DNA from: a bacterium
GTDB lineage: Bacteria; Patescibacteriota; Doudnabacteria; UBA920
Length of the DNA: 48,254 nucleotides
Direction of reading: 5' to 3'
NCBI GenBank assembly: GCA_016699995.1
Contig: CP064996.1
Location: 478,330-526,583 of the forward strand
Shown: positions 45,557 through 48,254 of the stretch, piece after piece
Layout of the letters: each line of letters opens with the position of its first letter
Position numbering within the stretch: position 1 is the stretch's first letter
Made by a program: the position numbers and the translations under genes
Notes under the pieces: generated by a model
What the model saw: only the letters and a program-made list of their open reading frames with translations
What the model was told of the DNA's origin: nothing
Database searches by the model: none

Positions 45557-46411
45557 TTATCCATTCTTTTCTAAGCAGGAATTAAAACTATTTACCTGCT
45601 GATTATATTCGTTAACTATTGTTTTGGTCTTGTCGATTAAAACATTGAGCTGCTCTGCTCGGGTATTATGCTCTGCCACAGCAGCCTCGTATTCGGCACG
45701 GGTCTTGTAGCGGTTGGCTTGAATCTGCGCGCGCAAAACGGATAGCTGCGCTTCTTGCTCTTCGATTGTTTCGCGGTTGCGGTCGATCTGGCTCTTTAAG
45801 CTCACGCTCGGCGTCGGACAGTTAGACATCGGCGCGCCAAATTCCTGCACAGCCAGCCACACTTCTTTGCCTTCAAACATGCCGCGTCCAACAGCTACGC
45901 CAATCTCGTTAAATTTGCTATCCAAAATGTTAGCGCGATGGCCAGGACTGTTCATCCAGGCTTCTACCAAAACTTGATCATTTTCGTAATTACCCAAAGC
46001 TAAGTTCTCCCCACTACTAAATATTCATAGCCCGCGGCTTTGATAACATCGGAGGGATGCTTGCCATCCGGAGATTCATGTTCAAAAGTATTGCTGTCGA
46101 AACATATCGTCCAGTTTTGCTTTAGCAGCTAAATTGAGTTTTGCATTCATACGCAGCGGCATCTGTTTGTACAATTCGCGCTGCTTGTTGGTTTCTTCGA
46201 TAACTCCGTTTAGGGTGAGATTGCTATTGCTAGCATCCAATGGTCCGCGCAATGGCCCAGATAAAGACTCCGGTACCGGCACTTGCGATAACAACCCATG
46301 AAAGTATTGGCCGCTCTTTACCCAATTACCAACACGCTGCGGCAAACCTTCGTAAATAGCTATTCCGCCGAATACCAAAACCAGCAAAATTATCAGAAAT
46401 TTATTCTTCAT
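45557..46411 (-). pseudogene. CAP/SCP (YkwD-like) secreted protein gene interrupted by two compensating 1-nt indels
   Basis: The N-terminal part (46082-46411) and C-terminal part (45557-45997) are in the same frame. The 84 nt between them encode FEHESPDGKHPSDVIKAAGYEYLVVG only in a shifted frame. The C-terminal part continues GENLALGNYENDQVLVEAWMNSPGHRANIL. Confidence 0.7.
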
Positions 46412-46418
46412 ACCCAAT

Positions 46419-46455
46419 ATTATACCTAGAAATAAGCAAAAATTCTAGGTATAAT
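46419..46455. promoter_or_regulatory. symmetric divergent promoter: two inverted TAGGTATAAT boxes
   Basis: 13-nt inverted arms attatacctagaa (46419-46431) and ttctaggtataat (46443-46455). Each TATAAT lies 6-7 nt from an ATG: 46411 on the minus strand and 46462 on the plus strand. Confidence 0.6.
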
Positions 46456-46461
46456 GAAGCT

Positions 46462-46785
46462 ATGGACTCCCTTAAAGACCTGGCTAAAGCGAAGAAATTC
46501 CCGCAAAAGAAAGATCCAAAATTGCACTCTGCCGCTCATGTGCTAGCCGACGAATTAGCTGCTCAATTGTCCGATCCAAAGCACTTTGGATTTTATTTAA
46601 AAATGGCAACGACCATGCCGGCAGCCGTACTCAGGGGCTTAGCCGGAAAGGTTTTGGAGAGTCAGAATGTGACCAATAAAGGACGGTTGTTTGCCTATCT
46701 CGTTAAACAGTACAATGCAGAGCAAAAAGCTGCAGCCGAGCAAACTAAAACCACCGAGCCAACTAACAAAGTAAAAAGATCATAA
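46462..46785 (+). CDS. hypothetical protein, 107 aa
   Basis: ORF starting 6 nt after a TATAAT box and overlapping the def start by 1 nt. No motif recognised. Confidence 0.5.
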   Translation: MDSLKDLAKAKKFPQKKDPKLHSAAHVLADELAAQLSDPKHFGFYLKMATTMPAAVLRGLAGKVLESQNVTNKGRLFAYLVKQYNAEQKAAAEQTKTTEPTNKVKRS

Positions 46786-47357
46786 TGATACTACCAATTT
46801 CCAAACTTCCGGCAAAAATTTTGCGCACCCCGACAGAAGAAGTTAATTTGCCTGGCGATAAAAATTTAACCCGACTCATCAACAATATGGTTACTACTTG
46901 CAAGGCCGCCAATGGGGTCGGTTTAGCTGCGCCGCAAATTGGGCAAAACTTACAACTGGCCATTATTTATTTAGAAGAAGCCGGCCTGCCGGTGTTCCCT
47001 ATTATCAATCCGCGCATCACCGAGGTTTCCAAAGAAACAGACGAAATGGAAGAAGGCTGCTTGTCTCTGCCGAACCTGTTCGGCAAAATTACCCGCCCAA
47101 AAAAAATTACAGTAGAAGCTTATAACCTGGCCGGCGAAAAATTCGTTCTAACCGATGATACATTTTTAGCACGCGTGCTGCAGCACGAAATCGATCATCT
47201 TAATAATATTTTGATTATCGACAAAATGAATGAGGTTACTTCCGGCCACGAGCTAATAAAGCAGTACCAAGACAAGCCGTTTAAGCTTATTGGCGAAAGC
47301 AAAACAGAGGATGCCGATAAAATGGCCAACTCTGCCGGCGGAGACGTTGCCGCATGA
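46785..47357 (+). CDS. def: peptide deformylase
   Basis: GVGLAAPQIG, EGCLSLP and QHEIDHLN motifs. Confidence 0.95.
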   Translation: MILPISKLPAKILRTPTEEVNLPGDKNLTRLINNMVTTCKAANGVGLAAPQIGQNLQLAIIYLEEAGLPVFPIINPRITEVSKETDEMEEGCLSLPNLFGKITRPKKITVEAYNLAGEKFVLTDDTFLARVLQHEIDHLNNILIIDKMNEVTSGHELIKQYQDKPFKLIGESKTEDADKMANSAGGDVAA

Positions 47358-47886
47358 AATTAATTAAAGACATACTTATCTTTCAGATCGAAGCTACCGG
47401 GGTAGACATCGAACGCGATCATATCATCCAACTCTCTGGAATTTTGCTGGACAAAGATAGCCTGCTGGAAAAGAACTACTTTAACTCATACGTAAAGGTG
47501 AGTTTTTAGACGGTACCCTGCACAACCATGCCAGCCATTTAGGCATCACCTTCGACGAATTGCGTAAAAGCCCTAAGATTACGGAAGCGATCAAGCAATT
47601 TGTAGCGGCATTCGGCTACGAGCCTTTACTGGCAACACAATCGGTTCAGAATTATTTGTTTTTAAAACAAGCCTTTAAAAAGACCTTAACCCCATTCAAT
47701 TACGACAAGCACTTATTAGACGTATGGTCGCTAAGCTATATCTATATTATCCACTACGGCATTAAGAAAATCCCAACTTTGGACACTCTCGCGACTCATT
47801 TTAATCTTAAGCTCAACCGGCCTAATGACGCGCTCGCCAGAGCGCGGCTTACGGCCGAGGTATTTAAACGAATCATTAAAGGCTAA
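47354..47886 (+). pseudogene. DEDD (DnaQ-like) 3'-5' exonuclease paralog 1, frameshifted at a T5 run and with degenerate Exo motifs
   Basis: The ATG at 47354 overlaps the def stop (ATGA) and encodes MKLIKDILIFQIEATGVD..., stopping at 47507-47509. One extra T in the 47503-47507 run would join it to the 47560..47886 ORF, aligned with paralog 2. Confidence 0.65.
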
Positions 47887-47915
47887 GGCTGTTATAGCCG
47901 CGGCAAAAATATACT

Positions 47916-48209
47916 ATGTTCAACAAAGACATTTTAATAATTGATGTAGAGGCCACTGGTGTGGATTTTAACAAGCACGAATTATTAGAGCTAGCCGGTG
48001 TTTTATTAGACAAGAAAACTTTGAACGAAAAGAAGCGCTTTGAGAGTTTCGTTAAGCCGACCAAATGGAAGAACCGCGACCCGGAGGCAATGGCCGTAAA
48101 CAAGATGACGTGGGACATGGTTAAGGGTGCGCCAAGCCTCAAAACTGTGTTAAAAAGTTCGAAAAGACTTTCGGCACTAACGTTATTATCGCCCCTTACG
48201 GAACTATAA
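47916..48209 (+). CDS. DEDD (DnaQ-like) 3'-5' exonuclease paralog 2 (apparent frameshift at the A5 run 48152-48156; runs to the window edge)
   Basis: ILIIDVEATGVD Exo I motif. After ...SLKTVLK the homologous sequence KFEKTFGTNVIIAPYGTIMDTAML continues in the neighbouring frame. Confidence 0.65.
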   Translation: MFNKDILIIDVEATGVDFNKHELLELAGVLLDKKTLNEKKRFESFVKPTKWKNRDPEAMAVNKMTWDMVKGAPSLKTVLKSSKRLSALTLLSPLTEL

Positions 48210-48254
48210 TGGATACGGCCATGCTGCGGACTTCGTATAAAAAGTGGGTATGAA

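Overview
Gene-dense bacterial chromosomal segment using the standard bacterial genetic code: an intact RF2 gene is present, and TAA, TAG and TGA all terminate recognisable genes. No rRNA genes, CRISPR arrays, transposases or integrases were seen. All product calls rest on motifs recognised by eye in the supplied translations; no searches were run.

Housekeeping content:
- Information processing: initiator-like tRNA-Met, gyrB, secE-nusG-rplK...rplA, rplI, rpmA, prfB, gltX, def, an ECF sigma factor.
- Division and secretion-related: ftsEX.
- Nucleotide metabolism: tmk, folA, pyrG, thyA, dCMP deaminase.
- Other: cysteine desulfurase.

Likely lineage (inference only): a small-genome Patescibacteria/CPR-like organism. 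This rests on many leaderless-type promoters, pilin-like secreted proteins, a monomeric mitochondrial-type PheRS, and a broken ribosomal-protein cluster.

Most interesting regions:
1. 35.1-42.6 kb, minus strand. A tightly packed seven-gene operon of exported cell-wall enzymes. Three paralogs share an N-terminal module of about 175 aa (signal peptide, four Cys, two TM helices) that looks like a TrbC/VirB2-type pilin. Each is fused to a different peptidoglycan hydrolase: lysozyme/SLT-like, M23 plus VanX-like M15, and VanY-like M15. The operon also encodes a coiled-coil M23 peptidase, a DsbA-like oxidoreductase, a small anchored protein and a PD40 beta-propeller protein.
2. 0.3-4.4 kb. A tight rmuC / NYN / 644-aa unknown / PIN operon next to a UvrD-type helicase fused to a PD-(D/E)XK nuclease.
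3. 10.8-12.4 kb. A stand-alone tRNA-binding domain gene followed by a mitochondrial-type single-chain PheRS.

Smaller signals:
- A 96-nt element with a 21-bp closing helix upstream of rplA.
- Promoter-plus-terminator mini-units.
- A perfectly symmetric divergent promoter at 46.42-46.46 kb.
- Several frameshifts at homopolymer runs, mostly in the last 3 kb. These may be sequencing errors rather than biology.
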